From Thermoplasmata archaeon (GTDB lineage Archaea > Thermoplasmatota > Thermoplasmata > Lutacidiplasmatales > UBA184), in the NCBI GenBank assembly GCA_052326485.1, contig JBKQMS010000003.1, forward strand, positions 15,695 through 79,694: 64,000 bases of DNA, given 5' to 3'. Under the pieces are notes generated by a model. That model searched no databases, was not told the DNA's origin, and worked only from the letters and a program-made list of their open reading frames with translations. Made by a program: the position numbers and the translations under genes. Shown here in pieces: positions 56,276-64,000 of this stretch. Each line of letters starts with the position of its first letter. Position 1 is the stretch's first letter.

Positions 56276-57273
56276 GCTCCCTGCTTCGAACGCGTGCTGA
56301 AGTAGCGGAGGTCGACCTTCTCGACCGACGTGACGTGGCTCCGCATCGGGGCGCGGAACCGCAGAAGGCGCTTCGCGGGCCCGGGGAGCGAGCCGTGCAA
56401 CACGATGCAGGCGCTCTGTACCTCTCCGTAGTGCGGGAACCCCCCAGCGGGGGTGATAGGGTCCGCCCGCGGGTCGCGGACGATCTTGAGGACCCTCATG
56501 TTGAACTGGGTGCGCCGGTGGTAGCCTTGCTGGCCGGCCTGGGGGATTCGGTACGTGACGAAGCTCGGATTGTGCGGTCCGAGCGTCCCGATCATCCTCC
56601 GGTGCTTCGAGTTCTTCCGGGGTTGGAGCTTCACGCCCCAGCGTTGGATGTGGCCCTGGAACCCGAAGCCCTTGGTGACCCCGATGACGTCCAGGAACTC
56701 CCCTTCCTTCGTCAATCGGTCGGCGGGGACCTCCTGGCCGAGCTGTTCCAGCGCGAACGCGCGACGCTCGTCGAACTTGTCGCCCGAGACCCGGACCTCG
56801 AACAGGTTGGGCGTCTTCGAGCCCGTTCCCGTGATGAGCTGAGGTTGGGTGTGAACGATTAGGCGCACTTCGTCCCCGGCCGCCTTCCCGAACGCCTCGA
56901 TCGCCTCGGGCGGGCTCGGGGGGTGGTTGGGGATCCGTCGGGAGAGCTCCTCCGCTAGGCCGGACGCCCAGACCTCGGAGATGACCCGCGCTCCGTAGGG
57001 ATTGCGGGCGTAGAGCCGGGCGGCTACGACTCGGAGCGGGGGGACCTCGACCACGGTGACCGGGATGGATACCTCCTGGCCCGCGGTGGTCGACCGCTTT
57101 CGGTAGTCAACGATGAAGGCGTGCGTCATCCCGACCTTGAAGCCGGCGAACCCCTCGATCGCGACCGGCTTCGCGCCGGGGGCCCAGGAACGGACCCTCG
57201 GAACGGGCCTCACGGCCCGGGAGCGGGGGGAGAATGCGAGGGATCCTCGCCTCGGGCGATGCCGTCGAGCCAT
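56272..57273 (-). CDS. rpl3: 50S ribosomal protein uL3
   Basis: RPRRGSLAFSPRSRA...GFAGFKVGMTH...VTKGFGFQGHIQRWG. The N-terminal 424 aa of the 757-aa track ORF are antisense to tdh and rejected. Confidence 0.95.
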   Translation of the reverse strand: MARRHRPRRGSLAFSPRSRAVRPVPRVRSWAPGAKPVAIEGFAGFKVGMTHAFIVDYRKRSTTAGQEVSIPVTVVEVPPLRVVAARLYARNPYGARVISEVWASGLAEELSRRIPNHPPSPPEAIEAFGKAAGDEVRLIVHTQPQLITGTGSKTPNLFEVRVSGDKFDERRAFALEQLGQEVPADRLTKEGEFLDVIGVTKGFGFQGHIQRWGVKLQPRKNSKHRRMIGTLGPHNPSFVTYRIPQAGQQGYHRRTQFNMRVLKIVRDPRADPITPAGGFPHYGEVQSACIVLHGSLPGPAKRLLRFRAPMRSHVTSVEKVDLRYFSTRSKQGA

Positions 57274-57323
57274 GGGTCGATAGGAGGTCCTGCCTCCGGT
57301 GCGGGCGGGGGAGAAGGGTGCCC

Positions 57324-57330
57324 TATATAA
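57324..57330 (-). promoter_or_regulatory. TATA box (TTATATA on minus strand) of the ribosomal superoperon
   Basis: AT-rich heptamer about 50 bp upstream of the rpl3 ATG. It is the only such element in the rpl3-tdh divergent spacer on this side. Confidence 0.5.
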
Positions 57331-57516
57331 GCGCTCGCGCGAGCGAAGGTCCCGGACCGTCAGAGAGCGGTGTTTCTCCTCGAAAACCGGGACGTTCGTG
57401 CGTACGGGCTCGGACGCGCGCGTAGAGCGACGAACGACCGAACGCGCGCCGTCGATCGAGTCGAACTCCCCAACCGTTAAGCGGTGGGTGCCCTCCACGA
57501 CGCGGAGCGGACGACC

Positions 57517-58578
57517 ATGCAAGCATTCGTGAAGACCGAGCGAGGTCCGGGCGCCGAGATCCGCACCGTCCCCGAGCCGAAGCCGGCGGACGACGAGGTT
57601 CTGGTGCGGGTGCTCGCGTCCTCCATCTGCGGGACGGACGTCCACATCTGGGTCTGGAACGAGTGGGCGCAGGCGCACGTCTCGCACGTGCCGATGATCC
57701 CCGGCCACGAGGTCTGCGGCGAGGTCGTCGAGGTCGGGAAACGGGTCCGCAGCCTTCGGGTGGGCGACCGCGTGTCCGCCGAGACGCACATCGTGGACGG
57801 CACGTGCTACCAGTGCCGCACGGGGAAGATGCACATCTGCGAGAACGTCCAGGTGCTCGGGGTCCACCGCAACGGGGTGTTCGCCGAGTTCGCGGTGCTG
57901 CCGGAGCTCAACGCGTGGAAGAACGACCCCCACCTCGACCCTGCGCTCGCGTCGATCCAGGAGCCGCTCGGGAACGCGGTCCATTCGCTCTTGCCCGAAG
58001 AGAACCTCGAGGACATCGCCGGGGGCACCGTCCTCGTGACCGGGTGCGGGCCGATCGGGCTCCTCGCGATCGCCGTCGCGCGGACCCTCGGGGCCCGGCG
58101 GGTGTTCGCGACCGAGGTGAACCCGCTGCGTGCCGCCCTCGCGAAGAAGATGGGGGCGGACCGGGTCCTCGACCCGACCGACCCGAACACCCCGGCGGTG
58201 AAGACGATCCGCGAAGAGACCGACGGCCGCGGGGTCGACGTCGCGCTCGAGATGGCCGGCCACCCGGCGGCGCTCAAGCTCGCCTTCGACGCGCTCACGC
58301 CGGGCGGCCGCATCTCGCTGCTCGGCCTGTTCGACCGCGACGCGAGCCTCAATTTCAATGACGCGGTCATCTTCAAGGCCGCCAAGGTCCACGGGATCTA
58401 CGGGAGGCGCATGTTCGAGACCTGGTTCCAGGTGAAGGGGCTTCTCGCCGACCCGGCGTTCCGGGAGAAGATGAACCAGATCATCACGCACCGGGTCCCG
58501 ATCCGCAACCTCCCGGATGCGATGGCGTTGATCGAATCGATGCAAGCCGCCAAGGTCTCGCTCGAGGCGAGGTGGTGA
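57517..58578 (+). CDS. tdh: L-threonine 3-dehydrogenase (zinc MDR family)
   Basis: SICGTDVHIW...GHEVCGEVVEVG zinc motif, structural-zinc Cys cluster CYQCRTGKMHIC, GCGPIGL NAD motif. Adjacent to kbl. Confidence 0.9.
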   Translation: MQAFVKTERGPGAEIRTVPEPKPADDEVLVRVLASSICGTDVHIWVWNEWAQAHVSHVPMIPGHEVCGEVVEVGKRVRSLRVGDRVSAETHIVDGTCYQCRTGKMHICENVQVLGVHRNGVFAEFAVLPELNAWKNDPHLDPALASIQEPLGNAVHSLLPEENLEDIAGGTVLVTGCGPIGLLAIAVARTLGARRVFATEVNPLRAALAKKMGADRVLDPTDPNTPAVKTIREETDGRGVDVALEMAGHPAALKLAFDALTPGGRISLLGLFDRDASLNFNDAVIFKAAKVHGIYGRRMFETWFQVKGLLADPAFREKMNQIITHRVPIRNLPDAMALIESMQAAKVSLEARW

Positions 58579-58583
58579 GCATC

Positions 58584-59777
58584 ATGCGCGACCCTACGTC
58601 CTTCCTGGGAGAGGAGTACCGCCAGCTCGTCAAGGACGACCTCGACTGGCGCCTCCGAGTGCTCGAGGGCCCGAGCGCCCCGTGGTGCGAGATCGACGGG
58701 AAGCGGGTCCTCATGTTCTGTTCCAACAACTACCTCGGCCTCAGCAATCATCCGAAGATGAAGGAGGCCGCGCACCGGGCGATCGATACGCATGGCGTCG
58801 GCTCCGGCTCCGTCCGTCCCATCGCCGGCACGATGGACCTCCACATGGAGCTCGAGCGCCGGCTGGCCCAGTTCAAGCATGCCGAGGCGTCCCTCGTCTA
58901 CCAAACCGGCTTCGCGGCGAACGCGGGCCTCATCCCCCAGCTCGTAGGGGAGGGCGACCTGATCATCTCCGACGAACTGAACCACGGCAGCATCATCGAC
59001 GGCGTCCGCCTCTCGCGCGCGGAGCGCGCGGTCTACCGCCACGCGGACGTGAGCGACCTCGAGCGGGTCCTCGCGAAGGCGGAGGAGCACGCCCCAGCCT
59101 ACCGGCGCGTCCTCGTGATCACGGACGGTGTCTTCTCCATGGACGGCGACATCGCTCCGCTCGACCGGATCTCCGCCGCGGCGGCGCAGCACGGCGCCAT
59201 GGTCTACGTCGACGACGCCCATGGCGAGGGCGTGCTAGGCCCGGGCGGCCGCGGGATCGTCGCGCACTTTGGGCTCGGCCGCGACCGGGTCCACGTGGAG
59301 ATGGGGACGTTCTCGAAGGCCTGGGGGGTCGTCGGAGGCCACATCTCGGGGTCGACCGACCTCATCAAGTTCGCCTACAACAAGTCGCGGACCTGGCTCT
59401 TGAGCGGTTCGCATCCACCGCCCGTGGCGGCGGCCTGCCTCGCGGCCATTGACGTCCTCGAATCGGAGCCCGAGCACGTCGAGCGTCTGTGGACCCACAC
59501 CCGACGTTTCAAGAAGGAGATGCGGGACCTCGGGTTCGACACCGGGCGGAGCGAGACGCCGATCACCCCGGTGATCGTGGGCGAGAGCAGCCGGGCCCAG
59601 AAGCTCAGCCTCCGGCTCTTCGAGCTCGGGGTCTTCGCGCTGCCGATCGTCTACCCGATGGTCGCGAAGGACAAGGCGCGCATCCGGACGATCATGAACG
59701 CCGCGCTCACCCCCGAGGACGTTACCACCGCGATCTCCGCGTTCCAGAAGGCGGGGCGCGAGCTCTCGCTGATTTAA
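58584..59777 (+). CDS. kbl: 2-amino-3-ketobutyrate CoA ligase (glycine C-acetyltransferase)
   Basis: PLP alpha-oxoamine synthase pattern: NNYLGL, DELNHGSIIDG, DDAHG, GTFSKAWG. An alternative GTG start at 58572 overlaps the tdh stop. Confidence 0.9.
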   Translation: MRDPTSFLGEEYRQLVKDDLDWRLRVLEGPSAPWCEIDGKRVLMFCSNNYLGLSNHPKMKEAAHRAIDTHGVGSGSVRPIAGTMDLHMELERRLAQFKHAEASLVYQTGFAANAGLIPQLVGEGDLIISDELNHGSIIDGVRLSRAERAVYRHADVSDLERVLAKAEEHAPAYRRVLVITDGVFSMDGDIAPLDRISAAAAQHGAMVYVDDAHGEGVLGPGGRGIVAHFGLGRDRVHVEMGTFSKAWGVVGGHISGSTDLIKFAYNKSRTWLLSGSHPPPVAAACLAAIDVLESEPEHVERLWTHTRRFKKEMRDLGFDTGRSETPITPVIVGESSRAQKLSLRLFELGVFALPIVYPMVAKDKARIRTIMNAALTPEDVTTAISAFQKAGRELSLI

Positions 59778-59818
59778 CGTCTCAGGTCCGAGCGAGTTAC
59801 CCCGTCCCTATCTCCTTC

Positions 59819-59826
59819 GTATATAG
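59819..59826 (+). promoter_or_regulatory. TATA box GTATATAG upstream of the DUF2203 gene
   Basis: 31 bp upstream of the ATG at 59857 (near-leaderless). Confidence 0.45.
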
Positions 59827-59856
59827 GGCGCGAGGGTTGCTTCGGAAGAGGGTCGG

Positions 59857-60357
59857 ATGGAACGGTCGGGACGCGATCGCGGCGACCGCGAACATCCGCC
59901 GGTCGGACCTCCCCGTCTGTGGACGGTGGCGGAGGCGAACTCCCGGCTTCCCGAGCTCGAGGAGCTCCTTCCGCGGTTGCGTGGGTGGGTCGGTCGGCTC
60001 GCGGAGGTCCAGGAGGAGCGGGAGCGCCTCTCCGAGTTCTGGGGTTCCGAGGCCGACGCCGTAGACCAGCCCGACCATGAGCTCAAGGCCCGATTGGACG
60101 CCGAGCTGAAGCACCTGAGCCACCGCCTCGAGGAGGCCGTCGGGGCCCTTCGAGCAGAGGGGATCGAGGTGAAGGAGCTCGGGACCGGCCTCGTCGACTT
60201 CTACGCCATGGAAGATGGCGAGCTTGTGTTCCTTTGCTGGCAGCGGGGCGAGCACGGGGTCGGCTTCTACCACTCCCTGACCGGCGGCTTCCGCACCCGC
60301 CGACCGATCTCCGGCCCGGGCCGGGCCGCGTCGCCCCGGGCCCCGGGTCCCTTCTAG
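59857..60357 (+). CDS. DUF2203 family protein
   Basis: LWTVAEANSRLPELEELL...GIEVKELGTGLVDFYAMEDGELVFLCWQRGEHGVGFYHSLTGGFRTRRPI matches the DUF2203 consensus as I recall it. Confidence 0.7.
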   Translation: MERSGRDRGDREHPPVGPPRLWTVAEANSRLPELEELLPRLRGWVGRLAEVQEERERLSEFWGSEADAVDQPDHELKARLDAELKHLSHRLEEAVGALRAEGIEVKELGTGLVDFYAMEDGELVFLCWQRGEHGVGFYHSLTGGFRTRRPISGPGRAASPRAPGPF

Positions 60358-61280
60358 GACGTCCGGGATTCCGGGCCCACCTGGAAGATCTCGACGGTCC
60401 GGGTCGTTGCCGCGAACGCTCCCAATCCCCCGAGGACCGCCATGCCCGCGGTGACCACGGGAAAGAGTCCCCCGAGCGCGAGGAAGTAGAGCGCGGCCGG
60501 GGCGAGGACCCCGGCGGCGCCTCCGACCACGCCGACCGCGGGCCGGTCGCTGCGTCGGGTCACGACGGCCGCGACGCCTCCGAGCACCGCGACGATCCCG
60601 AGCAGGACGGCCCCGCTCCCGATCGAGGCGAGGAAGCTCTCGAGGTTAGGGAACGGGGAGAGCGACGTGGTGGTCCCGTTGCTCGGATTCCCCGGGACGA
60701 GCGTGACGGAAAGTCCGGTGGTCCCCGCGTTGTAGACCGTCGATGCGAAGGTGGTCAGTGTGGCGGAGGCGTAGCCCGACATGGTGACGTTCAACGAGAT
60801 GCCGCCGACCGGCACGTCCGAGAACAGGAACCCTCCGTTCGCACCCGTATGTTGCACGAACTCCTGGCCGCCGTCGGTGGTCAGGACCACGGTCGCCCCG
60901 GAGGCGGGAGCGCCTCCTCCGTCCGAACCGTCTTCGACGACGGTTCCCGAGACGGTGTAGCTCCCGGGGCCAAGGGCCTGGTCTCCGAGGACGACGAGCA
61001 CCCCGGCGAGCGCGACCGCGACCGCCGCAACACCGACCAGCGCGACCTGGGCCATGCGTCGCAACGATACCCGCGGGCGGCGGGTGGGGGGGAGCGCGGG
61101 GTAAAGCCCCGGGATGACCTCCCAGGTGTAGAGCGGAGGCGGGTCCCGCGGCACGACCACGGGCACCGGGTTATGGCACTGGGGGCACGGGAACCACTGG
61201 GTCGAAGGAGCAGGGGCGAGGACCACCCGAAGGTCCGCCCCGCACACCGGGCAACGGACCGAGACCGCCGGGACTCCCAT
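60354..61280 (-). CDS. hypothetical membrane protein: N-terminal zinc ribbon, TM, carboxypeptidase-regulatory-like beta domain, C-terminal multi-TM
   Basis: CPVCG...CPQC; then a TM; then YTVSGTVVEDGSDGGGAPASGATVVLTTDGGQEFVQHTGANGGFLFSDVPVGGISLNVTMSGY; then 3-4 G/A/V-rich TMs. Confidence 0.6.
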   Translation of the reverse strand: MGVPAVSVRCPVCGADLRVVLAPAPSTQWFPCPQCHNPVPVVVPRDPPPLYTWEVIPGLYPALPPTRRPRVSLRRMAQVALVGVAAVAVALAGVLVVLGDQALGPGSYTVSGTVVEDGSDGGGAPASGATVVLTTDGGQEFVQHTGANGGFLFSDVPVGGISLNVTMSGYASATLTTFASTVYNAGTTGLSVTLVPGNPSNGTTTSLSPFPNLESFLASIGSGAVLLGIVAVLGGVAAVVTRRSDRPAVGVVGGAAGVLAPAALYFLALGGLFPVVTAGMAVLGGLGAFAATTRTVEIFQVGPESRTS

Positions 61281-61316
61281 CGACGTCGACGCCCGACCTC
61301 ATCGGGGGTCTTAGCG

Positions 61317-61910
61317 TTGAGGCGCTCCCTCGGGAAACCGCATCCGCGGGTGGTCGGGGTCGACGACGGAGCGTTCGCGCGCGGGGACCGGTACGCGCCG
61401 GTCGCGGCCGTGATCCTGACGATTCCCGAGCATGTGGAAGCGGTACGCACCGGCCGCGTCCGGGTCGACGGGACCGACGGGACGAGACGGGTCATCGCGC
61501 TCGTCCGTCGCCTCGGGCCTCTCGAAGGAGTCCGCGCCGTTCTGGTGGACGGAGCGGTCGTGGGAGGGTTCAACGTGCTCGACCTGGACGCGCTCCACGA
61601 GCGGCTCGGTGTGCCGGTCGTCGCGGTCACGCGACGACCCCCTGAGTTCTCCCGGATCCGAGCGGCGTTGCGGAAATGGTTCCCTCGTTCGGCCGACGCC
61701 CGCTGGTCCCTCCTGCGCGCGCACCGACTGTTCCGGGTCCCCACGGGTGGCCAACCGATCCTCGCCGCCGCGGTCGGGTGCTCCCGAGCGGACGCCGCCC
61801 TCCTCGTCCGACGGTCCACCGTTCGGGGGCACTGGCCGGAGCCGCTCCGCCTCGCCCATCTCGTCGCGTCCGCCGGCCGCCGACAGGGTGGCCGTCCACC
61901 CAAGGATTAA
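61317..61910 (+). CDS. DUF99 (UPF0215, endonuclease V-like fold) protein
   Basis: VVGVDDGAF...VDGTDGT...VLVDGAVVGGFNVLDL pattern. Start is uncertain (TTG 61317 or GTG 61350). The first 361 aa of the track ORF are antisense junk. Confidence 0.7.
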   Translation: MRRSLGKPHPRVVGVDDGAFARGDRYAPVAAVILTIPEHVEAVRTGRVRVDGTDGTRRVIALVRRLGPLEGVRAVLVDGAVVGGFNVLDLDALHERLGVPVVAVTRRPPEFSRIRAALRKWFPRSADARWSLLRAHRLFRVPTGGQPILAAAVGCSRADAALLVRRSTVRGHWPEPLRLAHLVASAGRRQGGRPPKD

Positions 61911-61935
61911 GGAGGGCGGAAGCCGTCGGGCTCCC

Positions 61936-62042
61936 GGGCCTGTAGCTTAGCATGGACAAAGTCCTGGCCTTCTAAGCCAGTGAACTCGGGTTCAAAGGTC
62001 CCGGACGCCGGCCGCCCGGGGCGGAGACTCCCGACAGGCCCG
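61936..62042 (+). tRNA. tRNA-Arg (anticodon UCU) with a ~32-nt intron in the T-loop
   Basis: Acceptor GGGCCTG (61936-42) pairs with CAGGCCC (62035-41), followed by G73. D-arm GCTT/AAGT. Anticodon arm CTGGC-CTTCTAA-GCCAG. 5-nt variable loop. T-stem TCGGG (61986-90) pairs with CCCGA (62030-34) only after removing 61997-62028. Confidence 0.75.
61997..62028 (+). other. putative non-canonical tRNA intron (T-loop, position 59/60 or 60/61)
   Basis: Separates TTCAAA from T-CCCGA. Very GC-rich. Contains GGACG (62003-07) and ends in GGCGGAGAC, like the tRNA-Ser insert. Confidence 0.65.
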
Positions 62043-62047
62043 CCCGT

Positions 62048-63112
62048 TCAGCCCGGAGGTCCGACCTTGGCTGAACAGTTCTCGCAGAGGATCTGCTTCG
62101 GTCCCGGAGGCAGGGGAGCCCCGCAGAGCGGGCACGCGGCCCGAGCATCCGCGGCGGCGAGCAGCTCCTGCACGCTCGTCCGGAGCATCGCGTCCGAGCC
62201 GATGGCGCCCGGCCCGGCGGTCGCGGTGGGTTCAGCCCCGCTCGGGACGAACGCCTCGATCCGCGGCCGGTAGATGCCCGTTCGACGGTCGAACGTCACG
62301 AACTGGCGTGCGACCAAGCCCTGGAGGGCGGAATCGACCAGCTCCCGAACGCCGCCGAAGACGTGGGCCAGCTCGACCGAGGTCAGTCCCTGGGACTCCG
62401 TGAGGACCTCGAGACAGCGCGCGGCGAGAAGCGAGAGGTCACCCCGGCCGATGACCCGGTCGACCGCGAAGCCCATCCGGGCGGTCCGGCGGACCCGACG
62501 TGTCGGAGGAAGCCGGCCCGAGCGCGGGTCGGGGAGCAACGTGGTTCCGAGCAGGTCGAACTCGTAGCGGACCCGCTCCTCGGGGAGGTACATCGCGACC
62601 GCCACCGAGAACGGGAGGAGGCCCTGCTCGCGGAAGACCGTGAGCCCCCGGTCGAGCGTCCCGATGCTGGCGGCCAGGTTGACCCGATTGCCTCCGGCGG
62701 CGCCCCGGTCCTCGTCCCCTCGCGATCGAGGAAGGTAATGCTCGCGGAGAAGGAGCCGGGCGATCCCCCGCTCGGGGGGCCCGGGGATCGCCGGGTGGAG
62801 GTCCGCCGAACCGTCGGGGCGAAGGACGATCCGCTCGAACGGCCGGAGGAATCCCCATTCGTTGGGAGAGGGCGGGGGGTCGGGTCGGATCTCGAGCGTG
62901 GCGGGACTGGCCTTGGGGTCCGTGAGGAGGCCGTAGACGGTGGGGTACTCCGTACCGTTTCCGACGAAGACCACGGGAGCGAGGGGACGAGGCCGACGCG
63001 AGACGTACTCCTCGTAGGCGCGTGCCAACGCCCTTTCGCTGAACGGGTCGTGCCGCTCCCCGACCAGCCGTCGGGCGAGGGCGTCGAGCTCAGGCAGGGT
63101 TACCGACGTCAC
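62048..63112 (-). CDS. hypothetical protein with an unknown ~230-aa N-terminal domain, a wHTH and a C-terminal zinc ribbon
   Basis: wHTH-like LTSVELAHVFGGVRELVDSALQGLVARQFVTFDRRTGIYRP; C-terminal CPLCG...CENC. GTG start. Confidence 0.6.
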   Translation of the reverse strand: MTSVTLPELDALARRLVGERHDPFSERALARAYEEYVSRRPRPLAPVVFVGNGTEYPTVYGLLTDPKASPATLEIRPDPPPSPNEWGFLRPFERIVLRPDGSADLHPAIPGPPERGIARLLLREHYLPRSRGDEDRGAAGGNRVNLAASIGTLDRGLTVFREQGLLPFSVAVAMYLPEERVRYEFDLLGTTLLPDPRSGRLPPTRRVRRTARMGFAVDRVIGRGDLSLLAARCLEVLTESQGLTSVELAHVFGGVRELVDSALQGLVARQFVTFDRRTGIYRPRIEAFVPSGAEPTATAGPGAIGSDAMLRTSVQELLAAADARAACPLCGAPLPPGPKQILCENCSAKVGPPG

Positions 63113-63297
63113 GCGTTCGCCTCTGCTTCACAGACAGTCGGTAGAGGGACATAAAGCGGCGGGCCGTCCGGTCGAGGGAGGCCACCCACGGGTCCGACCC
63201 CTCCCCTGGGCCTCGACCCTCCGCCGCGACCGGCAGGACCCGGGAGGTTCACACGCTTATGCGGCCACGGATTCTCCGGGGTCGAAGGTGGGATGGG

Positions 63298-64000
63298 ATG
63301 ACGAAGGGGCTCGAGGGGCTCGACCGAATCGTCCAGCGGGGGATGTCCCGCGCGAAGACCCCCGGAGTCTCCCTCGGCCTCCTGCGGCCGGGACGCGCGC
63401 CGTTCACCCAAGGGTACGGGTTCCGGAACCGCGAGGCGAGGCTGCCCGCTACCCCCCAGACCGTCTACGGGATCGCCTCCGTCACGAAGTCGTTCACCGC
63501 CCTCGCGATCCTGCGGCTTGCAGAGCACGGACTTCTCCGAGTCTCCGACCCCGTGGTCCGGTACCTCCCCGAGCTCCGGATTCCCGGGGCGAGCGCCCGC
63601 CGGCCGATCCGGATTCACCACTTCCTGACCCACAGTTCCGGCCTGCCGCCGCTCCCGTCGATCTACTACACGTCGATGCGCAGCGTGCGGCGCGACCCGC
63701 CCTATGACCCGCGCATCGCGCGGCGCGTCGGCGTGAATCCCGACCACGTGCCGATCGATACCTACGAGCAGCTCATGCGCTACCTTTCGGAGGAGAGGTA
63801 CACGCTCCTCGGGCCTCCAGGCCGCTGTTTCAGCTACTCGAACGAGGGGTTCGGGCTCCTCGGAGCGATCATCGAGCGAGTGTCCGAACGGACGTACGAG
63901 AGCTTCCTCGAGGAGGAGATCCTCCGACCGGCCGGAATGACCTCGACCACCTTCGACACCGGCATCTTGTTCCGCCAGGCCGAGGTCACGACGCTATACT
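63298..64000 (+). CDS. serine hydrolase, beta-lactamase/esterase family (3' end outside window)
   Basis: SVTKSF (SxxK) active-site motif and YSN motif. The ORF runs off the right edge, so it is absent from the ORF track; the listed 63288 ORF is a different frame. Confidence 0.8.
   Translation, partial: MTKGLEGLDRIVQRGMSRAKTPGVSLGLLRPGRAPFTQGYGFRNREARLPATPQTVYGIASVTKSFTALAILRLAEHGLLRVSDPVVRYLPELRIPGASARRPIRIHHFLTHSSGLPPLPSIYYTSMRSVRRDPPYDPRIARRVGVNPDHVPIDTYEQLMRYLSEERYTLLGPPGRCFSYSNEGFGLLGAIIERVSERTYESFLEEEILRPAGMTSTTFDTGILFRQAEVTTLY

Noticed and set aside
57274-58545. N-terminal 424 aa of the 757-aa ORF 56272..58545
   Set aside because: Only the last 333 aa are uL3. The upstream part is antisense to tdh and crosses the promoter spacer and TATA box.
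60234-61316. N-terminal 361 aa of the 558-aa ORF 60234..61910
   Set aside because: This part is antisense to the membrane/zinc-ribbon gene and is R/G/D-rich. Only the C-terminal DUF99 part looks real.
63288-63707. 139-aa plus-strand ORF listed in the track
   Set aside because: It is a different frame from the beta-lactamase-family ORF that starts at 63298 and carries SVTKSF and YSN motifs. The listed frame is R/P-rich junk.
1-64000. Search for CRISPR arrays, IS elements/transposases, integrases, rRNA genes and prophage-like islands
   Set aside because: I saw no spaced direct repeats and no transposase, integrase or phage-like translations. There is no compositional island beyond short AT-rich promoter spacers. 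The window looks like core chromosome.

Overview
GC-rich archaeal chromosomal segment. Archaeal markers are TFB, PCNA, aIF2-gamma, Cbf5, RNase P Rpp29, eS4/eS6/eL19/eL32 and TATA boxes about 25-40 bp upstream of start codons. About 80 protein genes are densely packed, many joined by ATGA/GTGA/TGATG stop-start overlaps. The dominant feature is an uninterrupted minus-strand ribosomal superoperon (57273 down to 40957): uL3-uL4-uL23-uL2-uS19-uL22-uS3-uL29-Rpp29-uS17-uL14-uL24-eS4-uL5-uS14-uS8-uL6-eL32-eL19-uL18-uS5-uL30-uL15-SecY-DUF106-Cmk-Cbf5. The rest is mostly housekeeping: PheRS-beta, a split methylmalonyl-CoA mutase set (catalytic subunit + epimerase at 984-3070; B12 subunit + MeaB at 26034-27421), enolase-uS2, TrmB-like regulator, TFB, PurP, an ABC-2 exporter, phosphopantothenate synthetase, acyl-CoA dehydrogenase, NadB, Prs, signal peptidase, eS6-aIF2gamma-Trm112-like, A24 peptidase, FKBP, a GT2/GT4/epimerase glycosylation cluster, AlaX, thiolase, CysRS, Bcp, an MMPL transporter and Tdh-Kbl. 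I found no CRISPR array, transposase, integrase, rRNA or obvious defence island. The most unusual observation is that both tRNA genes in the window, Ser-GGA and Arg-UCU, only fold if a 32-33 nt insert inside the T-loop is removed. The two inserts share GGACG...GGCGGAGA. Other items worth a second look: a palindrome/triple repeat between the TrmB-like gene and the tfb TATA box; an internally duplicated PD-(D/E)XK/Cys-cluster protein; a signal peptidase with extreme charge-block tails; SecY with an extra 2-TM N-terminus; uS5 with RGG tails; and several orphan zinc-ribbon/wHTH proteins. All product calls come from motif and family recognition by eye. No searches were run, and internal start codons are inferences.
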